Assembly: GCF_001194135.2 (NCBI RefSeq)
Contig: NC_068996.1
Coordinates: 50,678,736 to 50,742,481 of the forward strand
Source: Octopus bimaculoides
Lineage: Eukaryota
Reading direction: 5' to 3'
Length of the DNA stretch: 63,746 bases
A program made the position numbers and the translations under genes. The notes below the pieces were generated by a model. That model made no database searches, was not told where the DNA came from, and saw only the letters and a program-made list of their open reading frames with translations. Shown here in pieces: positions 1 to 12,523 of this stretch; within the stretch, counting starts at the first letter, position 1; every line of letters begins with the position of its first letter.

Positions 1-72
<72 letters not shown>

Positions 73-837
73 CATGTAAGCATGTATCTATGTATGTATG
101 TATGTATTTCAATAAGGAACAAATAATTCAGCATAAAATATTTCCAAAGATATCATTACTTCTCTTATTATCCAGGGTAATATAAGTAAATTGATAATAA
201 CAGAATTAATAATATAGGTGACTGCAGGCTTGAAAAAGCATCAAATAGCTAAAGGATTAAAATTTATATTAATCAAAGGACATATTGAGTATGTCTAATG
301 CTTAAAGACGGTTGATTTCTGTAGTTATTATAAGTGTTATTTTTTTGGCGGTTTAAATAAGAATTTTGATTGTTCTTTCCAGCAGGTGGACATACTCAGT
401 ATGTCCTTTGATTAATATATATTATATAATCAGCATTATCATCATTATCATTTAACATCCGTTGTACATGTTGGCATGGGATGGACGGTTTGACCAAGAC
501 TGGCAAGCTGGACCAGACTCTAGTCTGAATTGGCATAGTATTCTATGGCTGGATACCCTTCATAACACCAAAAACTCTGAGAGTGCAACGGGTATTTTTA
601 TGTGCTACCAGCATGAGTGCCGTTAGTGTAACACCAGTATCTGCCATGACTGTGATTTTGTTCGGCTTAATGGGTCTTCCTCTGAAGCATGACATAATGC
701 CAAAGGTCTCGGTCATTGCCTTAGTGAGGTCCAACACTTAAGAAAACTCAGCCACTTTGCCTCTGTGAAGCCCAAAGTTTCAATATTTCAATTCATCTTG
801 CCCTAACGGCATTTATTGTTTGTCTTTGTCAATTGTT

Positions 838-2300
838 TACTTTGTATGTCCACTCTGTTGCTGTTGTTTGTTCATTTGAAGAATTAACTCTCCACAAATT
901 TTATATTTAAAAAATTTCTGGATGCTGCTGTCTTATGAAGTTTTCCTATCTTGTCGTTAAAAGCACGAAATAGGGAGTAGTAAAACAGTAGACAACTGAT
1001 GAGTGAGTTATTNNNNNNNNNNNNNNNNNNNNNNNNNNNNNNNNNNNNNNNNNNNNNNNNNNNNNNNNNNNNNNNNNNNNNNNNNNNNNNNNNNNNNNNN
1101 NNNNNNNNNNNNNNNNNNNNNNNNNNNNNNNNNNNNNNNNNNNNNNNNNNNNNNNNNNNNNNNNNNNNNNNNNNNNNNNNNNNNNNNNNNNNNNNNNNNN
1201 NNNNNNNNNNNNNNNNNNNNNNNNNNNNNNNNNNNNNNNNNNNNNNNNNNNNNNNNNNNNNNNNNNNNNNNNNNNNNNNNNNNNNNNNNNNNNNNNNNNN
1301 NNNNNNNNNNNNNNNNNNNNNNNNNNNNNNNNNNNNNNNNNNNNNNNNNNNNNNNNNNNNNNNNNNNNNNNNNNNNNNNNNNNNNNNNNNNNNNNNNNNN
1401 NNNNNNNNNNNNNNNNNNNNNNNNNNNNNNNNNNNNNNNNNNNNNNNNNNNNNNNNNNNNNNNNNNNNNNNNNNNNNNNNNNNNNNNNNNNNNNNNNNNN
1501 NNNNNNNNNNNNNNNNNNNNNNNNNNNNNNNNNNNNNNNNNNNNNNNNNNNNNNNNNNNNNNNNNNNNNNNNNNNNNNNNNNNNNNNNNNNNNNNNNNNN
1601 NNNNNNNNNNNNNNNNNNNNNNNNNNNNNNNNNNNNNNNNNNNNNNNNNNNNNNNNNNNNNNNNNNNNNNNNNNNNNNNNNNNNNNNNNNNNNNNNNNNN
1701 NNNNNNNNNNNNNNNNNNNNNNNNNNNNNNNNNNNNNNNNNNNNNNNNNNNNNNNNNNNNNNNNNNNNNNNNNNNNNNNNNNNNNNNNNNNNNNNNNNNN
1801 NNNNNNNNNNNNNNNNNNNNNNNNNNNNNNGTTTGGTATTTTGTCCTGTACTAATCGCTTGTGTGTTCATGTATTTTCACCTGTTAGTTATGTCCTGTAC
1901 TTATTGTGTATGATTTCGTATTGTGTCCTGTACTTATGACTCGTGTGTTTACATATTTTTCACCCATTGGTGATGTCCTGTACTTGTTGCGTATTGTTTA
2001 TTTTCTTCTGTGCTTTTTCTCGTTTGTGTTTATATATTTTCTTTGTGTTCACTTTGTACGTCCAATCTGTTTTTGTTGTTGCTTGTTCATTTGAAGCCCT
2101 AACTCTCCACAAATTTTATATTTTTAAAATTTCTGGATGCTGCTGTCTTATGAAATTTTCCTATCTTGTCGTTAAAAGCACGAAATAGGGAGTAGTAAAA
2201 CAGTAGACAACTGATGAGTGAGTTATTTTCATTTGGTATTTTGTCCTGTACTTATTTCTCGTGTGTTTACGTACTGTTCACTTGTTGATGTCATGTACAT
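838..2300. repeat. Tandem satellite with a unit of about 400 bp, spanning an assembly gap
   Basis: 843-1012 is near-identical to about 2055-2227, and tttggtattttgtcctgtact recurs at 1832 and 2232 (400-bp period). Internal gtcctgtactta sub-repeats are present. Confidence 0.8.
1013..1830. other. Assembly gap. The others are 2858-3533, 4865-5657, 6639-7242, 10402-11053, 17228-17479, 38989-39180 and 43915-43980
   Basis: Runs of N, mostly flanked by microsatellites or repeats. Confidence 0.99.
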
Positions 2301-2423
2301 AATGTGTATTTATTTTTATTCATTTATAATCAAACACTTCGCAGCCATTTCCACAGTAAGTTCTTAAATTTATATACAATTTCTTCCACTCCACACTCTG
2401 TTCTCTTTCTGTCTCTCCATCCC

Positions 2424-2730
2424 TCTATAATCTATATACATAAAGATGAAAATGTCTGTCGATCTGCCTGTCTATCCGTTTTTGTGAATTCCTAAAACTC
2501 GTGAACTACAGAACCGATTTCATTTAAATTTCACACATGCCTTACTTAGTGTTCATCCGGTGTCATGGGTCAAAGGAATTTTCAACTTCTCGCCTAACGT
2601 GAGCCCGGAACAATCTCTTATCTCTTACACTATTTCAGTATTATGTGTCAAAAGTGAAACAGTAATATCTCTGTATTGTAATGAGACATACTTTCAGTTT
2701 AATAGTTTCACTATTAATACTGAAACTATT
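2424..2730 (+). mobile_element. Helitron-like non-autonomous element, 5' part
   Basis: Starts TCTATA-ATCTATATACATAAAG-ATGAAAATGTCTGTC, then AAAACTCGTGAACTACAGAACCGATTTCATTTAAATTTCACAC, which is the typical style of non-autonomous Helitron 5' ends. No 3' hairpin/CTRR end was identified. Confidence 0.5.
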
Positions 2731-2803
2731 GCCTCACATATATACATGCATACATACGTACATACATACATGCGTACATATATATATATATTATATATAT
2801 ATA

Positions 2804-2857
<54 letters not shown>

Positions 2858-3533
2858 NNNNNNNNNNNNNNNNNNNNNNNNNNNNNNNNNNNNNNNNNNN
2901 NNNNNNNNNNNNNNNNNNNNNNNNNNNNNNNNNNNNNNNNNNNNNNNNNNNNNNNNNNNNNNNNNNNNNNNNNNNNNNNNNNNNNNNNNNNNNNNNNNNN
3001 NNNNNNNNNNNNNNNNNNNNNNNNNNNNNNNNNNNNNNNNNNNNNNNNNNNNNNNNNNNNNNNNNNNNNNNNNNNNNNNNNNNNNNNNNNNNNNNNNNNN
3101 NNNNNNNNNNNNNNNNNNNNNNNNNNNNNNNNNNNNNNNNNNNNNNNNNNNNNNNNNNNNNNNNNNNNNNNNNNNNNNNNNNNNNNNNNNNNNNNNNNNN
3201 NNNNNNNNNNNNNNNNNNNNNNNNNNNNNNNNNNNNNNNNNNNNNNNNNNNNNNNNNNNNNNNNNNNNNNNNNNNNNNNNNNNNNNNNNNNNNNNNNNNN
3301 NNNNNNNNNNNNNNNNNNNNNNNNNNNNNNNNNNNNNNNNNNNNNNNNNNNNNNNNNNNNNNNNNNNNNNNNNNNNNNNNNNNNNNNNNNNNNNNNNNNN
3401 NNNNNNNNNNNNNNNNNNNNNNNNNNNNNNNNNNNNNNNNNNNNNNNNNNNNNNNNNNNNNNNNNNNNNNNNNNNNNNNNNNNNNNNNNNNNNNNNNNNN
3501 NNNNNNNNNNNNNNNNNNNNNNNNNNNNNNNNN

Positions 3534-3576
<43 letters not shown>

Positions 3577-3955
3577 ATGTATATCCAATATGTACACATA
3601 TATATACACATATATACATGCATACATATATTTATACATACATATATATGATAAGTGTTTTCTGCTATAGCCTCAGACCGAAAGAAGCCTTGACAGTAGA
3701 TTTGGCAGACGGATGTGTGTGTGTGTGTGTGTGTGTTTATTCTCCATCACCGGTGTTGGTTTCTTTACATTCCTGTAACTTAGTGGTTCAGCAAAAGTGA
3801 CTGATAGAATTAGTACTAGGCTTAAAAGAGTGAAAAAGAAAAAATATGTACCAGTGTCGATTTGTTTGACTGAAACTCCTCACGGTGGTGCTCCAGCATG
3901 GCTGCAGTGCAATAACTGAAACCAGTAAACGGTATATCTGTCTCTCTTACTCTAT

Positions 3956-4014
<59 letters not shown>

Positions 4015-4307
4015 CACACACACACACGCACACACATTTCTAACTCAACTTCTCTGCAATTGCCTTTCAATAGGTTACAGACCAAGTTTTACTCTTTTTG
4101 TGATATTTTTTTTAATTGATTTCTTTTTATCTAGTAACAACAACAACATCAAATATTTGCTGAGAATATAATTAACTGAGAAAATCCCAGTATATTTTAT
4201 CGATACTTGAAGGATACCTGAACAAAAACAACAAAGGTATTTGTGGAAATCAAAGGCTATGGCTGTCGTTGTTACTGCTTTCTCACTTAACTTCTTACTT
4301 CACTTCA

Positions 4308-4342
<35 letters not shown>

Positions 4343-4685
4343 GTGTATTGTGCCAAACTTTGATCACTCCTCCCTCACACTTTATCTTCTCCCACTTCAC
4401 TCACACAGTCTCTTTCCTTCTCTTCCTTCACATCACTTCTTTCGATTTCTTATCCGTATCTCTACATCTGAAAGTATTATTCTGGCACCTATTCCCCCAC
4501 CCTCTCTCTCTCTCTCTGAAGAACGATATGTATCTGAAACGTATTTCCCACCCCACCACACACTCCTTGCAACGAAATAGTTTCAATACGGATTGTTTCT
4601 TCTATGGACTCTTCTTCTGTACTCTACCTGTCAGTTTACTACCCTCGGTGACATCAATCACTTTTACGAAGAGAAAGTTTGCAAA

Positions 4686-4864
4686 GGCGCAGGAGTGGCT
4701 GTGTGGTAAGTAGCTTGTTTACCAACCACATGGTCCCGGTTTCAGTCCCACTGCGTGGCACCTTGGGCAAAGTGTCTTCTACTATAGCCTCAGGCCGACC
4801 AAAGCCTTGTGAGTGGATTTGGCAGGCGGAAACTGAAAGAAGCCTGTCGTATATATATATATAT
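4686..4864 (+). mobile_element. tRNA-derived SINE, family B (CORE-like central motif)
   Basis: Head ggcgcaggagtggctgtgtggtaag with B-box-like ggtttcagtcc, then GGCACCTTGGGCAAAGTGTCTTCTACTATAGCC, which resembles the CORE-SINE motif CCTTGGGCAAGT. Many copies occur in the window. Confidence 0.8.
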
Positions 4865-5677
4865 NNNNNNNNNNNNNNNNNNNNNNNNNNNNNNNNNNNN
4901 NNNNNNNNNNNNNNNNNNNNNNNNNNNNNNNNNNNNNNNNNNNNNNNNNNNNNNNNNNNNNNNNNNNNNNNNNNNNNNNNNNNNNNNNNNNNNNNNNNNN
5001 NNNNNNNNNNNNNNNNNNNNNNNNNNNNNNNNNNNNNNNNNNNNNNNNNNNNNNNNNNNNNNNNNNNNNNNNNNNNNNNNNNNNNNNNNNNNNNNNNNNN
5101 NNNNNNNNNNNNNNNNNNNNNNNNNNNNNNNNNNNNNNNNNNNNNNNNNNNNNNNNNNNNNNNNNNNNNNNNNNNNNNNNNNNNNNNNNNNNNNNNNNNN
5201 NNNNNNNNNNNNNNNNNNNNNNNNNNNNNNNNNNNNNNNNNNNNNNNNNNNNNNNNNNNNNNNNNNNNNNNNNNNNNNNNNNNNNNNNNNNNNNNNNNNN
5301 NNNNNNNNNNNNNNNNNNNNNNNNNNNNNNNNNNNNNNNNNNNNNNNNNNNNNNNNNNNNNNNNNNNNNNNNNNNNNNNNNNNNNNNNNNNNNNNNNNNN
5401 NNNNNNNNNNNNNNNNNNNNNNNNNNNNNNNNNNNNNNNNNNNNNNNNNNNNNNNNNNNNNNNNNNNNNNNNNNNNNNNNNNNNNNNNNNNNNNNNNNNN
5501 NNNNNNNNNNNNNNNNNNNNNNNNNNNNNNNNNNNNNNNNNNNNNNNNNNNNNNNNNNNNNNNNNNNNNNNNNNNNNNNNNNNNNNNNNNNNNNNNNNNN
5601 NNNNNNNNNNNNNNNNNNNNNNNNNNNNNNNNNNNNNNNNNNNNNNNNNNNNNNNNNTGATTGATAATAATTATAAT

Positions 5678-5820
5678 AGTTTCAATTTTTGGCACAAGGC
5701 CAGCAATTTCGGGGTGGGAAGTAAGTCGATTACATCGACTCCAATGTTCAACTGCTACTTATTTTATCGATCCTGAAGGAATGAAAGGTAAAGTCGATCT
5801 CGGCGGAATTTGTACTCGAA
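5678..5820 (-). mobile_element. tRNA-derived SINE, family A (3' part)
   Basis: Reverse complement of ...gaggtcgactttgcctttcatcctttcggggtcgataaaataagtaccag...gtcgatgtaatcgact... family A body. Confidence 0.75.
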
Positions 5821-5841
5821 CACGTGTCGTTTGTACTAAAG

Positions 5842-6111
5842 CAGAGGTTCCCAAACTTTTTTCTGGCTGCCGCCTCCTTGACACCCAGGCGACATTCCTA
5901 CTGCCACCACCCCAACTAACCATCACAAGCATAGACCTCTTTCTGAAGCAAATTCCAAGCAGTTGTATTTTCACAAATAAAACTTAACGAATCCATTATT
6001 TTGTTGTTTTTAGATGAATCGCTACTCCATTATTGCCACACTTTTCTTCAACGCCCCTTGGAACTTTCCACGCCACCAAGGAGGCAATACCGCCCACTTT
6101 GGTAACCACTG
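5842..6111. mobile_element. hAT (Charlie-type) MITE, 270 bp
   Basis: TIRs cagaggttcccaaact and actttggtaaccactg; 8-bp TSD tactaaag (5834-5841) and cactaaag (6112-6119). Confidence 0.8.
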
Positions 6112-6256
6112 CACTAAAGAGTAAATAATTCTAACATACAACAGAATAAGTTCTGTTATCGGTTTGGCATTCCTATACACGTGTACACCTCTGACTTTGT
6201 TGTTACATATCTTCCAGAAAAATATCTGGAAGATATGTGACAATAAAGTCATGTGG

Positions 6257-6383
6257 CTTTCTTCTCGTACAATGTTGCCTATATCCGCTATATGTGATCG
6301 CTTGGTCTGTTAAAAATAGCTACCAATTTCCTCTCAGACCATACACATCTTAAAACAGAAAGGGAGGGCTTGGTTCATGGTGG
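6257..6383. repeat. Family D repeat segment, near-identical to 8179-8305
   Basis: 127 bp with 4 mismatches to 8179-8305 by eye. More diverged relatives lie at about 12760-12820, 13330-13390, 13505-13570 and 37385-37460. Confidence 0.8.
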
Positions 6384-6419
6384 CTTCAGATTGGTGTTGA
6401 TTCTGATTTTATCGGAATA

Positions 6420-6638
6420 TGTGGTGAAAAAACCATTTTTCCGAGGGTGGGAGAGGAGTTTTAGGAAAATTCACACGAGGCGGCTTTCTTTACTTATAAC
6501 TTTCAGAAAAATGGGTAATTTTTAATAGAATTTTCTATAAATACCATTCAGAGTGAGTAGATTACAATTATATCGAAATTTAATAAGAAAATTAAATTTG
6601 GAGGGTACATACACATTCATACACACGTTACACATATC
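6420..6638 (-). mobile_element. Helitron-like or unclassified TE fragment running into a gap
   Basis: The minus strand reads gatatgtgtaacgtgtgtatgaatgtgtatgtaccctccaaatttaattttc..., a simple-repeat-led start resembling Helitron-derived elements. The terminus is hidden by N. Confidence 0.3.
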
Positions 6639-9600
6639 NNNNNNNNNNNNNNNNNNNNNNNNNNNNNNNNNNNNNNNNNNNNNNNNNNNNNNNNNNNNNN
6701 NNNNNNNNNNNNNNNNNNNNNNNNNNNNNNNNNNNNNNNNNNNNNNNNNNNNNNNNNNNNNNNNNNNNNNNNNNNNNNNNNNNNNNNNNNNNNNNNNNNN
6801 NNNNNNNNNNNNNNNNNNNNNNNNNNNNNNNNNNNNNNNNNNNNNNNNNNNNNNNNNNNNNNNNNNNNNNNNNNNNNNNNNNNNNNNNNNNNNNNNNNNN
6901 NNNNNNNNNNNNNNNNNNNNNNNNNNNNNNNNNNNNNNNNNNNNNNNNNNNNNNNNNNNNNNNNNNNNNNNNNNNNNNNNNNNNNNNNNNNNNNNNNNNN
7001 NNNNNNNNNNNNNNNNNNNNNNNNNNNNNNNNNNNNNNNNNNNNNNNNNNNNNNNNNNNNNNNNNNNNNNNNNNNNNNNNNNNNNNNNNNNNNNNNNNNN
7101 NNNNNNNNNNNNNNNNNNNNNNNNNNNNNNNNNNNNNNNNNNNNNNNNNNNNNNNNNNNNNNNNNNNNNNNNNNNNNNNNNNNNNNNNNNNNNNNNNNNN
7201 NNNNNNNNNNNNNNNNNNNNNNNNNNNNNNNNNNNNNNNNNNATATATATATATATATATATATACGCGCGCGCGCGCACACGTACACACAACATGGTTT
7301 TATATGAGGCTACTCCACTTGCCATACTTCGAATTTAATCTCTCAGAAAAAATTTATCGTCTTCAAATTAACTGAGCATTTCTTACAATCGCCAACTTTC
7401 TAAAGATGTGGCAAGATAAACAGCTCGCGAAGATCTTGCTACAGGGAAAATATAAAGTTTTAGTTTACAATATCCGTACAAGTCATTTTTACCTCCTGGT
7501 TTAACAAACATGACCACATCTTTCTTTCTTCTTTTTTTTTCTTTCTTTCTTTCTTTGATGTAGTTTAAACGTGTTGCATAAGATGCATAAAATGTCTTAG
7601 ACAAGAATTCATTGCCTGGGTGTCTGTCTCTTTTAATCGTTTCTCACATGACACAAAAGCAAAACAGTATTTCCTTACCAACGTCTCCACATCTACCACC
7701 ACTAGAAATGCTGCTTTTTGTGAATTACTGACACAACCACATGCTTACATTTTTACATACCATGTCAATTCCTATCCTTCGTCCTTCCCCCCACCATCCT
7801 CTGTAATTTATACTCAGCAAAATGTAAGTATATCTTCTAGAACTGCATTTCATTGAAACTCGCTATCTAACTTGGTCAAGTGTTTCTATCGGCGACGAGC
7901 CTCCACACCTTCAATTCAAATGCGAACATACTACTGTTATGAACTTATTTTCATCCCAAGTTTTTTTTCTTTTCATTCTTTTTTTTTTTAAATTCAATGT
8001 GCATTAGAGCAATACACAAATGAGCAGACGAACCAACGAGAGAGCCTCTATATCAGTCATGGGCAAACGGCAGCCAGCGGGACTTTCAATATAGTACGCC
8101 TAATTCCACGAGGAAATAATATTTAAAATATTTTTTAGTAGAGCAGCCTCTCTGGTGATAAGTCAATGTCTCATGCGACTTTCTTCTCGAACAACGTTGC
8201 CTATATCCGCTATATGTGATCGCTTGGTCTGTTAAAAATAGCTACCAATTTCCTCTCAGATCATACACATCTTAAAACAGAAAGGAAGGGCTTGGTTCAT
8301 GGTGGTTGATATACAAAAAGCAAGAAAGCAGGATGGGTCTATTTTTCAAGGTGGAGTGCACGCCCCCACAAGTAAGGCTTGAAAATATTTCAGTAGGTTA
8401 CTCCAGAACGGGACATAAGTGAATAAAGCTTGCAATAAAGTTTTATTCATGGTGAGGAACACTTTATTGTTATTTTTTAAAAATTCAAATGGGGCGTGGA
8501 GCGAAAAGGTCACGAGCAGGCCGGCTAGGGTTTGGTTAACATGCAGCTTACCATCGTATATATATATTTAAAAAAAAGGAAAAAAAAAAAAAAGAAGAAA
8601 ATTGTGAAAAAGAAAACTGGAAGTGACGACAATCATACTCCATAATTTTATGCTAACAGTGTTTGTGACATAAGCAATGTATAGAATGTACTTCATTTCG
8701 TTCGGCAGATAGTCGCAACGTTCTGAGTTCAAATTCGGGGCTCGATAAATTAAGTACCAGTGAAACACTGGAGTCAATGTAATCGATTAGTCCTCTCTCC
8801 CAAAATTTTAGGCAATGTGCCTTTAGTAGAAAGGGTTATTGGTAGAATCAAATGGCTCTTCTCAAAGAAGGAATTGGTTCATATAATCCAAGTGAATCGA
8901 TGGGAACAATGCCACCACTTCCTGCCAATTCTTTCTCTATAATTCATTAATCGTGAGGGATTATTGCATTGTTTTCATGTAACTGTGTTGGCTACATGTG
9001 TTGACATGCATGTCACCGAATAAAATACAAAACAATTTAGGTAACTCCAATAAGTTGAACGAAATTTCTGGATTGGAGTAGATCTGGTTTACTCCAATCA
9101 AGAACTGGAGTTTGGATTGAAGTAGATCTGGTCTTTAAATATGGATTGGAATAAACCTGGTCTTTAAAGCCAACCGGTGAAAGGAATGGACATGTTTCAA
9201 TCTTATTACACCTCCTCAGTGAAGATTGTTCTCTCCGATAATGGGAAAGATCATGTCCTTTCACACGGGTAAGCAGCATATGAGAATTTTTAAAAAATGG
9301 AAGGAAAAAATAAATATTATCTTTAGCTTTTACCTGTACAGGTGTGCTGAATCAAGATGTCAGGTGATATTTTAATCCATTAAAAATTAGTCGTAAGTTG
9401 ACATTTTAAACAAGTTTTTTCTATGAGTAATTCAACTTTAAAATTTGCGCTTATTTTTTCTTTCTTATTTTCTCCTTTTCTTTGCTTATAAAGGAGAGCG
9501 CGCTCACACACACACACATGCACATACCAGAACTGATTCGCACGAACGTTTCAAGAGAAACTTGCAATATCAATCCTGATATTACATACAACATAAAGTA

Positions 9601-9825
9601 ACAAAATACAGTTTGCTCTGCAGAAAGAGATAGTTTGATGCAATTTGATAGCTCAATTCTCATTTGTTTTCCTGTGAACGAGTGAGATGCCAAGTGACAA
9701 ACACAATTAGGCTTACACAAACAGAAACGCCTACATAATACAAAATTGCACACACACACACGTCTGTATGACACTGTTTTGGTATCAAAGTTAGTTTTAA
9801 GACACATCTCGCAGATGCTCTAGGA

Positions 9826-10400
9826 CAGTGCTTCTCAGACTATCTGATGTGGCGTACCAGCAGTTTCCCTCCCCCCAATGTGCCAGGGACCATTAATATT
9901 TCTTAGTAATATTAATTTATACCGGAAACAATATATATTAATGAATATAATAAAAGTTGACAATTTTTAAAATATTATATTTATATTGTATACAAATAAT
10001 ACAATATTACATATTTCTTTCGTTTTTGGATTTGGTTTGCAAGATTCTTTATGTGAGTTCGTGTGTTGAAGCATATTCTGTTGTGTCTGGGGAGAGTCAT
10101 TCTCTTTTAGTGTCTTATAATTTAACACACTCACCGGTAAAATTTCTGCTTATTTCTTTTTTTATTTTTCTAAAATTTTCGTTGCGTCTTGCAACCTTTT
10201 CGATAGTTTTTAGAAAAATAAAAAAGATATAAGTGGAAATTTTACCGGTGAGTGTGTTAAATTATAAGGCACTAAAGGAGAAAGACTCCTCAAACACAAC
10301 AGAATAATGTTTCTTTCTTTTCTGGAAACTCGTCGCGTACCGGCAGCTGATGGCTCGCGTACCGGCACCGGTCCACGGACGACCACTTTGAGTAGCACTA
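9826..10400. mobile_element. hAT (Charlie-type) MITE, 575 bp, with an internal 233-bp foldback
   Basis: TIRs cagtgcttctcagact and actttgagtagcacta. Left target ctctagga (9818-9825); the right TSD starts with c at 10401 and then enters the gap. Homologous in inverted orientation to 18492-18776. Confidence 0.8.
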
Positions 10401-11053
10401 CNNNNNNNNNNNNNNNNNNNNNNNNNNNNNNNNNNNNNNNNNNNNNNNNNNNNNNNNNNNNNNNNNNNNNNNNNNNNNNNNNNNNNNNNNNNNNNNNNNN
10501 NNNNNNNNNNNNNNNNNNNNNNNNNNNNNNNNNNNNNNNNNNNNNNNNNNNNNNNNNNNNNNNNNNNNNNNNNNNNNNNNNNNNNNNNNNNNNNNNNNNN
10601 NNNNNNNNNNNNNNNNNNNNNNNNNNNNNNNNNNNNNNNNNNNNNNNNNNNNNNNNNNNNNNNNNNNNNNNNNNNNNNNNNNNNNNNNNNNNNNNNNNNN
10701 NNNNNNNNNNNNNNNNNNNNNNNNNNNNNNNNNNNNNNNNNNNNNNNNNNNNNNNNNNNNNNNNNNNNNNNNNNNNNNNNNNNNNNNNNNNNNNNNNNNN
10801 NNNNNNNNNNNNNNNNNNNNNNNNNNNNNNNNNNNNNNNNNNNNNNNNNNNNNNNNNNNNNNNNNNNNNNNNNNNNNNNNNNNNNNNNNNNNNNNNNNNN
10901 NNNNNNNNNNNNNNNNNNNNNNNNNNNNNNNNNNNNNNNNNNNNNNNNNNNNNNNNNNNNNNNNNNNNNNNNNNNNNNNNNNNNNNNNNNNNNNNNNNNN
11001 NNNNNNNNNNNNNNNNNNNNNNNNNNNNNNNNNNNNNNNNNNNNNNNNNNNNN

Positions 11054-11165
11054 TAAGAGCTGCAGAGAAGTTCTGATCTTTGTGGATCTTAAAATGTCTT
11101 TTGAGGCCTCCATTAGATTTGCAAACCTTCTGGCATACATTGCATTGAAAGATGTGCACAGACAT
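11054..11165 (-). pseudogene. Isolated C2H2 zinc-finger fragment (FQCNVCQKVCKSNGGLKRHFKIH); LINE ORF2 C-terminal finger or decayed ZNF gene
   Basis: Canonical F-x-C-x2-C-x12-H-x3-H spacing. It is cut upstream by a Tc1/mariner MITE and runs into an N-gap downstream. Confidence 0.55.
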
Positions 11166-11170
11166 ATATA

Positions 11171-11402
11171 CAGGGTTGGCAAGAAATCACCCGGCCGTAA
11201 ATCAAAATTCCATAAATATTATCTGTAATTCTGTATTGACTCGAATGGGAAAATGTGTCGCTCAAGAAGGACATCAGCTTGAACAATTTTCATGATGTTT
11301 CATATTTAGATGTTTTTATTAAATTCATTCAGTTGTTAAACATAAATCTTGGAATTAAATAGTTTTGATTTACTGTCAGGTGACTTCTTTTGGCTAAACC
11401 TA
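11171..11402 (+). mobile_element. Tc1/mariner deletion-derivative MITE
   Basis: TA|cagggttggcaagaaatcacccggccgtaaatcaaaa on the left and a degenerate inverted copy ttttgatttactgtcaggtgacttcttttggctaaaccta on the right. The interior encodes TRMGKCVAQEGHQLEQFS*, like a Tc1/mariner transposase C-terminus. Confidence 0.65.
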
Positions 11403-12029
11403 TGCCAGCCCAGTCAAACCGTCCAATCCATTTAACGGACATTAAATGATGATGACGATGATATATATATTTCGAAACGCCGGTGTTTTAATGGTGGCAG
11501 CTGATGAAGGATATGTTCTCTATGTGGCCTGCTTGTTTGTTGTACCTTGTTTATCATTTTGTCCATGTTCTTTTGCAACGTCATGTACCCAGATATGTAT
11601 CTATATGTATGTGTAGATGAAGGTATGTACATGCATGTACATATATATGCATATACTCATATATCGTTTATATATATATACACATATATAATAATATAAA
11701 TAATATACAAATATATGCATATATCCATACATATATGTACATCCTACATGTATATGTACATCCTACATGTATATGTACATATACATGCACATATGGGTAC
11801 AGGACATAAAAAAACGTTATATTGGGTTAAATCCCTCTGCGTGGCATCTTGGACATATGTAATTTTCTTTTGTCTCAGATCGATTCATACTTGAAGTCAG
11901 ATTGATGGAAATTGTATAGAAGCCATTGAAGTGGATTTTATCTGTGATCCGAAAGCTACACCCCTGCCACTGTATCATACTGATTCTGCATGAGAATTAC
12001 GCTTAGCGTACACACGCCCAAGTTTATTC

Positions 12030-12240
12030 AGGAGTAGGTAACTCAGTTGGACGTTCAACTGCGCTGGTTCGATTCTCAGATCGGTCGATAGTTGTTTCCT
12101 TGAGATAGGCATCAGTGTCAGCCCCAGGGTGGGTGTGCACCCCGGGGCAAGCCGAACTTCGGCGTGTACAAACTGACAGTCGTGGAAATTTCCTTGTCTT
12201 TGTCACGCCTTACTTGGTGCCCTGGGCGACTGCCTGAGTT
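12030..12240 (+). mobile_element. tRNA-derived SINE-like element, CpG-rich, single copy in the window
   Basis: A-box-like taactcagttgg and B-box ggttcgattctc, followed by gttgtttccttgag and GC-rich hairpins. Confidence 0.55.
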
Positions 12241-12523
12241 GCCGATACTTCATTTCAGTTTGTAATAAGTACAACTGAGGATTAACCAGGCCAGGGTGGG
12301 TCTTGTTCTCTCGGTTATGCATACGCCTCGAAATTCAGGGTAAGTTTCAATCTGATGGATCAGTAGACTTCAGGCAGGCTTTACCACCCCCTCTTTAATT
12401 GTTACCTCGGTAACATTATAAATATTTAGAATTTCTTTTTCACAAGTTGTGAGGTAGAGTTATAAATTTTGCGTTAATATTTTCTCGCAAAAGATCGCAA
12501 CCGTTTACGAAGACTATTCGTTG

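Noticed and set aside
7385-7440. Minus-strand acceptor ttttccctgtag with a downstream gtaaga donor (divergent gene exon?)
   Set aside because: About 52 bp with no recognisable peptide; indistinguishable from chance.
8054-8160. cagtcatgggcaaac resembling a hAT left end
   Set aside because: No matching right TIR or TSD was found.
9060-9270. Three WIGVDL-like peptide repeats (discoidin or lectin-like) and a donor cacgg|gtaagc
   Set aside because: The repeats fall in different frames with stops between them. This is a short DNA-level triple repeat (ggattgga.tagatctggt), not a supportable exon.
884-11182. Long ORFs of 220-365 aa in the ORF track
   Set aside because: They are read-through of N-gaps and (TA)n/(CA)n microsatellites (YIYI, HTHT, X runs) and carry no coding signal.
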